Part shown: in pieces, positions 37,443 to 50,400 of the stretch
Numbering within the stretch: position 1 is the first letter of the stretch
Layout: the number at the start of each line of letters is the position of its first letter
Program-made: the position numbers and the translations under genes
NCBI RefSeq assembly: GCF_018350175.1
Contig: NC_058368.1
Span: forward strand, 43,898,001-43,962,000
Reading direction: 5' to 3'
DNA from: Felis catus
Taxonomy: Eukaryota
DNA: 64,000 nucleotides
The notes under the pieces: model-generated
The model's database searches: none
Seen by the model: only the letters and a program-made list of their open reading frames with translations
Told to the model about the DNA's origin: nothing

Positions 37443-37672
37443 ATTTACTTATTTATTTATTTATTTATTTATTCATTTATTTATGTTTATTTTTGAGAGA
37501 GACAGAGCACGAGTGGGGTAGGGGCAGAGAGAGAACGAGTACAGAATCTGAAGCAGACTCCAGGCTCTGAGCTGTCAGCACAGAGCCCAAGGAGAGGTTC
37601 AAACACAGGAACCATGAGATCATGACCTGAGCCGAAGTTGGCTGCTTAACTGACTGAGCCCCCCAGGCACCC
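37443..37672 (-). mobile_element. CanSINE
   Basis: (TTTA)n tail and full body to the head ccccaggcaccc. Confidence 0.94.
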
Positions 37673-40544
37673 TGCCCTCCTTTTGCATTTTAGAACCAGC
37701 TTGGCTATACCTACAAAATAATTATGCTGGGATTTTGATGGACATTGTATAAAATCTGTAGATCAATTTGGGAGAATTGAGCTGTTTATTATGTTGAATC
37801 TTTGAACCAATAGACTCATAATGCCTCTGTGTTAATTTAGTCCTTCTTTTATTTTATCATTTTCATTACTTAATCATTTTTAACTTTAGAATTTTAAGAC
37901 TTTTTGATCTAGTTCAAATGCTATTTTTGAGTTGGATTCCAGCCATCCATTGCTTGTATATTGAAATATGATTGACGTTCGAGTGTTTAATTTGTTTCAA
38001 GTACACCTAATAAACTCACTTATTAGTTCTGAAAGTTTCTTTGTGTATTTCCAAGATTTTATCTGTAGATAACATTGTTGGATACAAATAGGGAAAATTT
38101 TATTTATTGCTCTCCAACTGGTATGTTTTTGTTTCTTTTTCTTGCCTTCTTGCACTAGTTTTGATTTCAGTGTGATATTGAATTGAAGCAATGAGAGGAA
38201 TTGGTTGATTTTATCTAAGTTTTAAAATACATATGCATAAAAATGTTCATAGTTTTCCTTACACTGCTTTCAGTTGTGGTAGTGATATTGTCACCATCAT
38301 TCTTGATATTGGTTATTTATGTCTTTATTTTTTCATTCTGTCTTGTGAGAAGTTCAAAAGTTTGTAAGTGTATTAAAGAATCAAATTCGGTTTCACTGAA
38401 TTTTTGCTACTACTTACTGTTTTCAATTTCATTTATTCATAATTCCTACATCTATCATCTTTATTGATGTCTTCCTTTCCTATCTTCTTTTTCTTCTTTT
38501 TTTTTTTTGTATTCTTAAGATTGAACCTTTTTTTTTTTTTTTTTTAAGCTGGCAATCAACATGGCTGAATTTGGCTGACACTTTCTTTTTAGTATCCTAT
38601 GGGTTTTGGTTTTAATGTTACTTCAATTTTCAAAGATTTTGCAGTGATATTCTGACTGGCCCCGTATGTGCACCAGTCAGTAGCCACTTTGAGGAAAAAA
38701 GTAGTGATTTATCTCTGTTTAGTATTTAGATTCACTCATGCTTCATTAAGGATGAGCCAAGAGTTTAGTTTCTCTAGGTCCTCTCTTGCTGTCATCTTCC
38801 TGGTATCAGCTTTTGGGTCCTTTGGCTAGACAACGGGGACTCCATTTACCCCCTAACACCACCAGTGTTCAATTTCTTGACTGCACCTTCATTCTGGAAA
38901 AAGTGGCATAAAGACAGGGGGAGAAAAACATCAATGGGACTTTTCCTAAAATCTGGTAAGATTGTTTTTTGAATTGAAGAGGAATTTTCCCCTCATACAG
39001 AGTCTTAGGTCTTATGAGTCTTGGCTATCACTACTGTCCTTGCCAGAAGAATCTCTTCCTACACATTAAGGCTGAACAGAGAGGCTTCTTCTGGAATTCT
39101 TTCTGATTGTGTTTATGTCCAAGTCTAGTTTCTGAATTGCCTTGAGACCAGATTGAGGAAAAAAAAAAAACAGAGAAAAATGATAATTCAATGATATTTG
39201 AAATTCTGATCTTCTGAATATGTCTGCTGCTATTTACTTTTTGGAGTTCTCACCTAGTTCCCCTATGTGCTCTGTTTAGGTTTTATAGCCAAAATCATTA
39301 GGAGAGAAAGAGTGTACTGTGCTTGTTTGACTTTCAAGGTTCCTAAAGTAGGAACCTGCCTAATTTTATTTTTACAACCTCACTAAGCATACTCGTCTGA
39401 TATGGGACTTTCTGTGGCAGGGATTAAGACAAATCAGCCTTAATTATAAATATGCAAACCCGTAGACTTATCCTACCTAATACAAAGCCCTAAAGACAAT
39501 TGAGTACTTGCTTGTGAGAGAATATGGACTTAATGGAGGTCTGAACAACGCAGCATCCTCATTCACTCAGGTATGTCCTAGCATCATCAATTTGGAATTA
39601 TTTGGAAAATGAGTTTTTAATAGCAGCTATTTCTAATCCTGAAGATATGTACCATTTAAGGATCCAGCTTGAACATAACTCCCCAAACAAATTTGAACCT
39701 TATCAGCATGCAGTTCGTGGAAAACATAGCAGCCAGGACTGACTGAGAATTTAGACTAACAGAATGCCTCTGTACTGCTCGGTCTATGAAATGCATAGCA
39801 GTTATCGCAAGACTAAAGAGTTTAGGAAGCATTCAAAACTGTTTTAATAGCTAGAATTCTCCATTGTGGGAATTTAAAACTTAAAATTTAATAGTATTAA
39901 AATACTATACTAATAATATATTTAAAAAGGAAATGATGAGGGCTGTTTGTCATAATATAACCACATGCCTAAGGCGGTAAGAGATACTAAACTTAACCAA
40001 GTATCTGTAATTCCCAAGAGTAGTTATTATCTTATGACAACTATGCACTAGATTCACTTTGCTTCTATAATAAATGTCTGTATTGTGATAGAAAGTGTAG
40101 CATAATTTTCTAGGCGATAAAATCAGTTTGACAGCAGTCTCAGTTTGTTTCACATGAAATAATCTAACATGTAAAATATTTTCTAACCAAGTAAGGTGCC
40201 GCTTTTAGCTTTTCTCATTTAAAGTCAACATCACTTTGAAGACATAGAGACCTGCCAGTGAGCTTAATCCATGGGGTTCTCTGAACTATCAATCCATAGT
40301 TGACATAAAAGTCACATTAATGCCTTATGATATGTATTATTTCAGAAAATTTTATAGTACAATGTGAAGCTAGAATAAGCAGAACATCAATTAGCATTTG
40401 TCTTTGGAAAATAAAATAGGTCTTTCCTTCTAAAGGTCATACAGTTTTGCTTTTAAAGTAATATTCTATAAGGTTTTTCATTATTTTTGGATTATCTGAG
40501 GATTTCTATTTCTAAATTTTATTTTTTTTTATTAAGTTTGAGGG

Positions 40545-40990
40545 AATGTGCATATGGTTAGGAAAACAGACTGCTTCAGGTATTTCAAACTGCCAGGGAT
40601 GTAATATAGGGAATTACAGTCTTAAAATAATATGAGAAATGTTGAGGTGAGAAGGTCAAAGAATCCATAAATCCTGTTTAAGAAATCAGGACAAGCAGAT
40701 ATCGCTAGGAGTCTCTGCAGATAAGACGAGCTGTCCGCAGCATTCAACCGTGGGATTTGAAGAGTATGCCCACAACCTACCAGCAAAACCTCACATCTAT
40801 CGCCTGCCAAAGCCAATGTGCTCAGTTACCACTGCTGCAGGAAAAACCCGGCTTCTATTTCACTTTCCAGGTCTTTGCACAAGTGTCTTTTAATAACAAA
40901 ATTTTAAGTGGAAACTTCCAGGCAAGAGAGATCTCCATCAGCTCTAGTATGGACAAAAAGTTATCAAGGCAGGAATTGTGATTACTGTCA
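40545..40990 (-). mobile_element. Old ERVL-type LTR (LTR33/LTR41-like)
   Basis: ggaaaacagactgcttcaggtatttcaaac...gggatgtaatatagggaatt. Confidence 0.45.
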
Positions 40991-41085
40991 ACAGGCAGTA
41001 ACCTATTAGTCATCATTCCTAAATACACTTCTATTTGTAATGAAACCTAAAAGAAAAATTATACAACATCATGCTTTTGCTTATT

Positions 41086-41255
41086 GTACTATTTTTCTAG
41101 GACTCCTGTAACAAAGCACCACAAACTGTATGGCTTATACAACAGAAATCTATTGTCTCATGTTCTGGACTCCAGAAGTCCAAGATCAAGGTTCATCAGG
41201 GCTGTTCATTTCTTCTGGGCGCAGTGAGGGAGAATCTGTTCCATGCCTCTCTCTT
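41086..41255 (-). mobile_element. MLT1C-like LTR fragment
   Basis: ctgtaacaaagcaccacaaactg...agaagtccaagatcaagg...gagggagaatctgttccatgcctctctc. Confidence 0.85.
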
Positions 41256-41259
41256 ATGG

Positions 41260-41832
41260 TCACTATATAAATAAAGCTTTCACTAAATCAACAGATGGCA
41301 TGGCTATCAGAGCATTTTGGCAAAATATACATTTAAATCCAATCAAAGTATCTCTTTCAGTGAGAATGAAAGCCATCTACTGCTTCCCTGGGTAATGGTA
41401 TCATTTTGGACTCTCAATTGATCTCTGCTTTTGGATATTGGGGTCAGTTTAGCCTTGGAGAGAAAAAAAAGTCATCTAGTTGAACCTAGGCAAATACCTC
41501 GATACTTCCCACCATAGTTACTTTACTCATGAGCTTATTGAGCATAAGTAGGATAGCTGAGAAAAAGGCTGATTGACTTTCATAAAATAAGTCCTCTTTC
41601 CCACCTGAGTATTAAGGACCTCATCAGTATTGAGTAAGCATTCAAATGGAACACATATATTTTTATGTACTGAACCCTTTCTGACAGATCCAGTCACATA
41701 TATTTTTCAAGTCTTATAGTTGTACAATCCTCTGATCTTGTTCCCTCCTCATTTAGCCAAGTTATTACCACTTCAGATCAAGCAGGATATATACACATAT
41801 TTGACCATTTCCCCTTTAAGCAAAATGCACAC

Positions 41833-41890
<58 letters not shown>

Positions 41891-42090
41891 TATATATATC
41901 TCAAGTCTTATACTGTGGGAGGATTTTATTCCTGTCCTCCCACAGTATAAGACTTGAGATATATATATGTATGTCTTTTACATATACTTTACACTGAGGG
42001 CATTTGAAACTAGTATAGCAGTTCACCTGTAGATGATGCTAACATTTCAACAGATTCCAAATATTTTCCTCAACACCTGAAAATAGGCAT
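41260..42090 (-). mobile_element. Degenerate ERVL internal (pol RNase H/integrase region)
   Basis: gaccattttcccctttaagcaaaatgcac...tgggaggatt...gcagttcacctgtagatgatgc resembles antisense ERVL pol; no open frame. Confidence 0.55.
41884..41974. repeat. Inverted repeat/hairpin, 40-bp stem and 11-nt loop
   Basis: 41900-41923 ctcaagtcttatactgtgggagga is the exact reverse complement of 41935-41958; pairing extends to 41884/41974 with one G-T. Confidence 0.97.
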
Positions 42091-42594
42091 GTGTTTCCAG
42101 ATTTCAGATAAATGTGTGAATGTATTCTATCCCAGGTATATGCTTATATATTTCTCTTTTCTTTTCCTGAGTTATCCAATTTATAGAAATTTTTACTATA
42201 TTACAGATGCAGAGATATATTAATAACTGTTGTAACTTTACAGGTAATCAGTCTTTTGCATCGTAAATTATTCTTTGTCCCATGTAATAATTTTTAGTCC
42301 AAAATCTACCTTATCTGATATTAAAATTATATTCCAAACTTTCAATTTGCATTTTCCTTTATATATTTCCATATGTGTATTTCAGTCTTTATGAAAAACT
42401 CCATTTTATGTGGTTCCTTTCTAGAAACCATCAAAATACATTTTGCTTTATTATTGATGTATTTCTTAAATAGATATATTTATTTTCATTCATTTTTATC
42501 TGTATGAGCTTAGTTGTAAATATTTTTTTTGTTTTTCTTTCAGATTTATAGTTTTATTCAATTGATTTTTTTGTGTTAACGACATAACATGTTC

Positions 42595-42900
42595 TATTGG
42601 GGTTTATCACGGGAATGCAAGTTTATTTAACATTTGAACATATTATCAGACTAAAAAAGAAACACAAAATAAAGAAAAACGTATGATATTTTTAATATAT
42701 GCCATAATAGTTTTTGGTACAATTTAACATTCATTCATGATAATAACTTATACCAAACCTGGCACATGAAGAGCATCTCTGAAAAAAATCTAGAGATAAC
42801 TTCATATTTAATGGTGAAAACTAAATGCTTCCATCCTAAACTGTTAACTAGGCTAAGACGTCCTCTCTAATCATTTCAATATTGTAATGTAGCACAGGGT
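42595..42900 (+). mobile_element. L1 ORF2 (RT) fragment
   Basis: ggggtttatcacgggaatgcaag...cattcattcatgata...ttaatggtgaaaactaaatgcttcc. Confidence 0.75.
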
Positions 42901-42929
42901 CTAACAAGAAGGTAATAAAATGCAAGGAT

Positions 42930-44952
42930 AAAGTTATAGTTTCCAGCTCAGCATATAAAGAACTTGGAAGTTGCCAGTTTATTCTAACAACAGGAAAAAG
43001 TCCAAACTGAAAAAATCAACAATTCTTCTAGTATCCATAAGAAAGATGAGGTCACAGGGTAAACTGAAGATTGGAGACACAGTCCAATATAGGGAGTCAT
43101 GCCTTACTTGAGCAGAGAGTCTTGAATGATACACCCTAGAATCACCCATAGGAAAACCTGAACTGTAATTGAGGAAATGTTGGAGCCTCAGTGTGAACAG
43201 CTCTGAGCTTTCAAAATTCCAGGAGGTCCCAGTCATAGGAATTTATAAACAATTTTGTGAAATTTACTTCCAGGAGTTCCAGTAGATGCTCACGGTAAAT
43301 ATCAGAGAAAAATTTCCTCTTGCTTTCACCAAGGAGAGGGTTAAAAGAACCATTTTTGAATATGCTGGAGTATTCAATTCTTCTTAACAAGGCTTGCCCT
43401 TGAGAGAAACTAGATGACTAGATCCTAACCTGCTGCCGTATTATCAGAGCATAACTTACCTGGAGGAAGGGAAATGCCCGACTCCAACCTACTCTAGCCA
43501 TTCTCTCCCATCTAAAGGGAGAGAAAAAACCCTGAAAAACACTTGTGAAGTTAATAGTCCAGAAACATAGGCTCACCCAAAGACTGAGAGCTAGTTACAA
43601 GACTGCAGATTGCTTCCCCTCCCTGCACACCTTACAACCGCATTACTGAGGGTCTGTTTGCAGTGATTCCTTTTGCCCAGCACATCACATCTGGCTGTCA
43701 AGAAAAAACTTTTAAGGTATACAATATATAAATAAATAATAAATAAATAAATTCAAAGAGAGCACACATCAGAACCAACATGTAAGGGATGTTGAAATAT
43801 CACAATTAGAAATGAAAACAGCTATGATTAATATTATCTCACGGATAAAATATACAGCATGCAAGAACAGATAAGCAATGTAAGCAGAAAGATAAAATTC
43901 CTAAGAAAGAGAAAATGTTAGAGATTAAAAACACAGAAATAGATATGGTGAATTTCTTTGATAAGTTTATTAGTAGACTGAATGGTTGAGCAGAGTCTCT
44001 GAACTTAATATCGCAATAGAAATTTCTAAAACTGAAGAGCAGGGAACAAATATTCAAAACAAAAACTGAATAAAATATCCAATAACAGTGGGACAAATAC
44101 GAGAGGTATAATATACATGTAATGGGGATATCAAAAGAAGAAATAAATGGAAGCAATATTTGAAATAATAATGACTGAGAATTTTCCCTAATATGTCCAA
44201 TACCAAGCCACAGATCTAGGAAGTTCAGAGAATACCAAAGAGAATAACTACGAAAAACTAAAGATAGGTACATCATTTTCAAACTACAGACGACTGAAGG
44301 TAAGGAAAGAATCCTAAAAGAAGTCAGAAAAAACAAACAAATTTCTCTTATAAAGGAACAAAGACAAGAAATACCTCTGACTTCTCAGAAACCATACAAA
44401 CAAAAAGAGAGTGAAATAAAATATTTAAAGTGTTGAGACAATAAACAACCTAGAATTCTGTATCCTGTGAAACCATCCTTCAAAAATGAAGGGGGAGTGA
44501 AAACTTTCTCAGGCAAACAAAAATTAAGGGAACTTATTGATAATAAACCTGCCATATAGAAATATTTTAAAAAGATACACTTAGGAAAACAATATAGTCA
44601 GAAACTCAAATCTACAAAAGGAAAAGAGAATAGAAGAAAGAATACATTATGGTAAAATAAAAACTCTAATTGATCATACTCTTAATTGATCTACAGATAA
44701 CAGTTGAAGATAATAATAGGAACAATATATTTAATTATATATACTTAAGTAATATATTTGCTTAATGTATGTATATATTATATGTAGTGTACGTAGAATA
44801 TATATATATATATATACACACACATATATATATATAGGCACCATGTATATGCACACATACATACATAAGCATTATATATAGTGTGTGTAGAATATATCTT
44901 ATACATATTATATATATACATATATACACATATATATGTATACACATGTGTG

Positions 44953-44990
<38 letters not shown>

Positions 44991-45731
44991 TACATAAGCA
45001 AATACACAATGGATGTCATTGATACAAAGGAGAAGAGGGAGTAAATAGGGTTTTTGTTGTTGTTGTTGTTGTTGTTGTTACCATAAAGTACTTACACAAT
45101 CCATGAGGTGGTAGAGTATCATTTGAAAGTGGGCTTGAATGAGCTGTAAATGTTTAATTGCAAACTCTAGGGCAAACACCAAAGAAGTTTGGGCAGGGGG
45201 GAAGATATAACTGATATGCTAAGAAAGAAGAGAAAAGGGAATCATATAAAATGCTTGATTAAAATCACAAAAGGCATAATAAGAGTATAAGACAAAAATA
45301 TGAACAAAAAGTGACAACAGAAAAGAGTAACAACAATGTTAGACATAATGCAACTATATCTTATAATCACTTTGAATTTCAGTGGTCTAAATGCACCAAT
45401 TAAAGAGATTGTCAGAGTGGATCAAAAAGAAGACCTAACTATATTTTGTCTACAAGAAACCCACTTTAAATATGGGGACACATTGATTAAAAGTAAATAG
45501 ATGGAGAAAAATATAACATGCTAACACTAATTAAAGAAAGCAGGCATAGCTGTATTGTTTTCAGACAGAACAGCCTTCTAAGCAAGGAACATTAATTACC
45601 AGGAATAAAGATGACATTATATAATGATAAAGGTGCAAATTCTCTAAGAAAGCATAACAGTCCTTAATGGGCATGGACCTAACTACACAGTGTCGGACTA
45701 TGTGAGGCAAACCCAATAAAACTACAAAGAT
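42930..45731 (+). mobile_element. Old L1 (L1MC/MD-like) 5' UTR, ORF1, inter-ORF and ORF2 start
   Basis: aacctagaattctgtatcctgtgaaaccatccttcaaaaatgaagg (ORF1 PRILYP motif); ggtctaaatgcaccaatt...tgtctacaagaaacccac (ORF2 endonuclease). Confidence 0.9.
44765..45000. repeat. Complex (TA)/(CA) low-complexity array
   Basis: Recurrent subunits gtagaatatat and acacatacataagca; a (GTT)n follows at ~45054-45079. Confidence 0.9.
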
Positions 45732-45903
45732 GGGTATGCCTGGGTGACTCAGTTGATTAGCATCCTATTCTTGGGTTTGACTCAGGTTATGATCCCTTGG
45801 TCATGAGATGGAGCCCTGCAATGGCACTGAGCTGGGCGTAGAGCCTGCTTAATATTCTCTGTCCCTGTCTCTCTGCCCCTCTGCTGCACACACTCTCTCA
45901 AAA

Positions 45904-45938
<35 letters not shown>

Positions 45939-45940
45939 AT
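45732..45940 (+). mobile_element. CanSINE with (AAAT)n tail, no TSD
   Basis: Head gggtatgcctgggtgactcag; the flanks do not match. Confidence 0.92.
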
Positions 45941-47255
45941 ACTGTATTAATATCATATTTTAATTTTCCTTTTTTTCTTATGTTGGTTGATGTTTATTGT
46001 TTGATAAAATCAAATATATTATGAAAGTGAGTTTTAAAAAATCTCTAAGTCCGTTACTAAATAAAGTATTAATTAATTCTTTGTTCCCTAAAGTCATGAA
46101 AGTGTTAATTCGATTTGACCAAGTGCTTGATATCTTTAGGGAGTATTTTATTGACTGAAAAGACTTTCCTAAATGTATCACAACTGTTTTACTTGGACAT
46201 TTTCTCTAAATTCAATTCTAAATCAATTTCCTTTCTACAGCTTGGAAAAAAAAGGTGATCTCAAGTGAATGCAAGCAGATGTTTCCATTCAAAAAACAAC
46301 TTTCAAAAAGTTGGCATCCCTTTAATTCTAAAACTTATTTGCACTACTTATAAAACATTTTAATTAATAGTAAAAATGTAAAGTCACGTAAGTTCTTCTA
46401 TCGAATTCCTAGTAATGGCTTTATCAGTTTTAAACTTCTCAAGTTTATAAAAAATGCCTTTTTTATCTATATGAGAAGCTATGTGGACTGATGTGTATAC
46501 ATAAATATGTGGCTTAACTCAGACACTTATATTTAATTATTCATCACTCATTTATATTTTGGTACTGTGCCTTTATCATGGATAACTTTTCCTTTTGTGA
46601 CTGTTTGGTCTAGAATCAAACATTCTCCTTGTATAATTATTTGTCTTTTGTTGCAGTAGAATATAACGTGTGCACTCAACTGTGAGCTTAGTTACACTTT
46701 GTCCATCTGTAACTTAATATTGCCAGCAAAACTTATTAGAAATCATAGTTTATTTTAATGTAAAACAAAATAGATAAAAATGTCCTGGTATTAAAAGTCA
46801 AGATATTTGAAACATGGCCCAGAAAACCAGCAATTCTCTAGTATTAGTTAAGTATTTGAACCTAGATAAATCACTTAATATATTGAGGTCATATTATATT
46901 ATCTTCGAAATGAGAGGATTGAACCTTATTTCCCATACAACAGCAAATTCATATTATTCCATGACAAGTGTGAAATTATGAAAATTTCTTTTCATTGTAC
47001 TCTTTTCTTTCTTTTTAAAAGTAAACATTATATTTTTATTGATTGTTAATAATGTCTTCCTTTGTACCTTTATGCAAGTTGGTTATCTTGTGAGATAAGT
47101 GAAGCTGTCTCTTTCAAATATTGCTGTTGATCTCTTAAAATCGAAGCAACTTATTGAGTCATTTTCTACTATAAAATACTACTATGAGACTTTTGATAGA
47201 TTTCTAATTTATACTCCTTAATTATCTTCTTCCTATATCTTCTATCTATGTTTTC

Positions 47256-47292
47256 TTTTTAAAAAAAAATTTAATGTTTATTTATTTTCAAA

Positions 47293-47325
<33 letters not shown>

Positions 47326-47495
47326 CATAGCACAAGTGGGGGAGGGGCAGAGAGAGGGAGACACAGAATCCTAAGCAGGATCCAGGTTCTAAGATGCCAG
47401 CACAGAGCCCCACGCAGGGCTCAAATCCACGAACCGCGAGATCATGACTGGAGCTGAAGTCAGACACTTAACTGACTGAACCACCCAAGCACCCC
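47256..47495 (-). mobile_element. CanSINE
   Basis: Full antisense body ending ccacccaagcacccc. Confidence 0.95.
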
Positions 47496-50400
47496 TGTTT
47501 GTTGAATAACAAGCACAATTATTTATTATAAAATGTACATATTTTTCCAGTCCCTTTTGTGATTTTATATATATAATTTATATATGTATATGTATATATG
47601 TACATATATATACATATATATGTATATATATGAAAATTAAATATTCCTAAATAATTGAAGATAAAAATTGTTTATTCATGTTATGTTTCTATTAAATAAA
47701 TTCCCAAAACCAAGTTGAGAAATAAGTTGACATACATTTTATACAGATATTTAGATAATGATATAGATAGGTTAGCCTAAGACAGAGATATACACTCACA
47801 TACACTTTGTAGATACAGGTATATATGACGTGTACTTGTAAGCAGTAGGTATGAAATAATGGAGAATTCCACTGGTAGGGAAAAAAGGCACTTCCTTTTC
47901 CTATTACTGTAGAACCATTTGAATTAAGAAAAAAGCAATGGGAAGCAGTGCAGCTTACTAGCAAGAAAACATCTCCTCTTGAGAGAGGTCTTTGTCTGGA
48001 TGGTCTAAGGCAGACACCTTGGAATTAAATCATCATCCACATACCTGGCTGTTTGTTGTTGATATCTGTAGTCTTTGTCACCCTAGTATGCTAGATGAGG
48101 AAATTGACATTTACCACAGAACATCAAAAAGGAATGCTATGTGCATCCATGAATAACCCCCTAGAGATCCTCAAACATAATCCAGAAATAATTTGAAGAG
48201 GCTGAAGTGTAAGCTTGGCCCCTAGAGGTGAATTTAATAAATATTTTAGTGCTATTTTGACATCATTATTACATAAAGATGGGTATGGTCTAGGGAAAAG
48301 CAATGTAATATAATACAAGTTAATGGATTTTTTCAAATGGCTAATAGCTGCATAATAATGTGATTTCAAATTATATTTCCAATTATGATCTAACTAATTT
48401 AACTAGTAAATTATGGTGATTTGTAAATATTTGTATTTTCATAAGTATTAATTATGAGTAATAGATTAAGGTGGCAGAAACAGATTTTATTTTATACCAG
48501 CTGCTCAGAATACTAAGGGAAGGGAACTACAGGAACAAATCAGATTTCCCAAAAGTATACAAATAATGAATCTTTTTGTTAAGAATGTCAAGTTTAATTT
48601 AGCATTGCTGTTTCAGTGTACTATTCTTCAACATGTATTTATTTGGGGCCTTGTGCCAGCTACCTGGATCAACTCCAATGCCTACTGAGCTAAAATCTGG
48701 CTTGTCTAAGGAGTTATTCCAATGTATTCATATTTGACACACAACATAAACATCCTTCTGAATAGTTAAACTGTTGAGAGCTATTTGAATGATGAACTTT
48801 GGTTCAATTTCTAAGAAATAATCTTGCGCTATTTGGGGCCTATTATGCTATTTCAAGTTGCTCCTTCCTCTTCACTGAACCTCCTTCCTCTTTATTGAAT
48901 ATATTTTTATTCACTGTATAGAAAGGACAAACAGCATTTGAAACATCTGGACTTTACTACCTGATAAAGTACCTAGTGTCATCACAAATTGATTTATTCC
49001 TTTTGTATATATTTGGCACTGTTTTCCCCATACAATTAAAGGAGAAAAGTTTTTCACATTTAATAGAATAAAATATCATGAACATAAACCAATTAATAAA
49101 TTGAAGCAATTCCTCAGAATAGCTGGGGGAAATTATAGATCTTGCCTGCTATTGCAATATAAATACAAATAAGTAATGAGTGATCAATAATCCAAAGTTA
49201 CAGACACTGAAATTCTTTTAACATTAAGCCATTCATAACATTAAAACCAGTTCTAAAACTTGTGTATCTTAAAATTCCTGGGGACTGTTTTGGAAAAAGA
49301 AAATGGGACTTGTTACAGGATGTAATATTTAAAATTGTGCATTCATCTGTACATGATGTGATAATAGCCCTCTCATAAAACAAACAAGCCTTCTGTCAAA
49401 CCCCAAAATCTAGATTCATTCTGTCCCAGTCCATCTAGACAATATGAATTGGAAGAAATATTTAGCATTTTTAAAATGTACTTTCCCCACTATTTTGATA
49501 ACATCTTATTGTTTTCATGACTCTCGATTCTGGCTCAGTACAGTCATAGAGATCTTGTGATTCACAAACAAAGTTGACTCCAGGTTACTCCAAAAACTTC
49601 ACACAATATTGAAAAATGCCAGTACACTGTTTCTGGGAAAGACATTGAAATCCAGTGTAATATTTGAGCAGCAAGATGTTATTCACCCACCTTCCTTTCA
49701 GAATGTCACAGAGGCAGAGATTTACAGAGATGATTCTTTGTCTTACGATACATGCCATAACCATTATACCTACTATTCGAAATATTAGAATTCTTAATCC
49801 TTAACAATCATACATGGAGCTTTACAAGTTAGGACACACATTATAAATAATGATCTTTGTAGCGTGATATTGTGGATAAAGGGAAACCACTCAACGTCAA
49901 ATATCCCCTTGATTTGATTGAAATTGTACCAAAATTGTGGTCATTTTATTTAAAATTCATACAAATTATTTCTTAGCTCAGTTTTACTAAATGCCAAATA
50001 CACTAGAGACTACAGTATCAATGGATGCTAAGGGACAGAAAAGACGTGCATAAAAAATAGAATAAACAATGAAACCATTAAAGGTAAACTATTGAAAACA
50101 TATTTTTACTTCTTTTACGATTTGCACTAGACTGACCTACATTCAAATAATAGATATTATCGACAAGTATATATAAAAAGGGATATATACTTTACAGCAT
50201 ATTCTTACAAAAATATCAAATCAACTATTTTAAGCCACAGTATTATAAGAAAATAATAGTTCAGTATTTTGCCTGGCAAAAATATGTTATGATAAACACT
50301 TATGCATTTGATGCCCTGGATTCTGAAATGACTTTATTTCCTGCTGTGAAACTGAGAAAATGTGGTTGATAATATCAGGTTTAAGGCTCACATTTTATAT

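Larger units (their letters stand above)
35650..39330 (-). mobile_element. Old L1 (L1MC/MD-like), 3' UTR to 5' region with deletions, interrupted by two SINEs
   Basis: caccaccataatcaagatacagagcagtcccatcacctc (3' UTR); ctgtagatcaatttgggagaattga (ORF2); minus ORFs at 36888 and 37997 are L1-like. Confidence 0.85.

Noticed and set aside
43839..44336. 165-aa hydrophobic minus-strand ORF
   Set aside because: Antisense reading of A-rich L1 ORF1.
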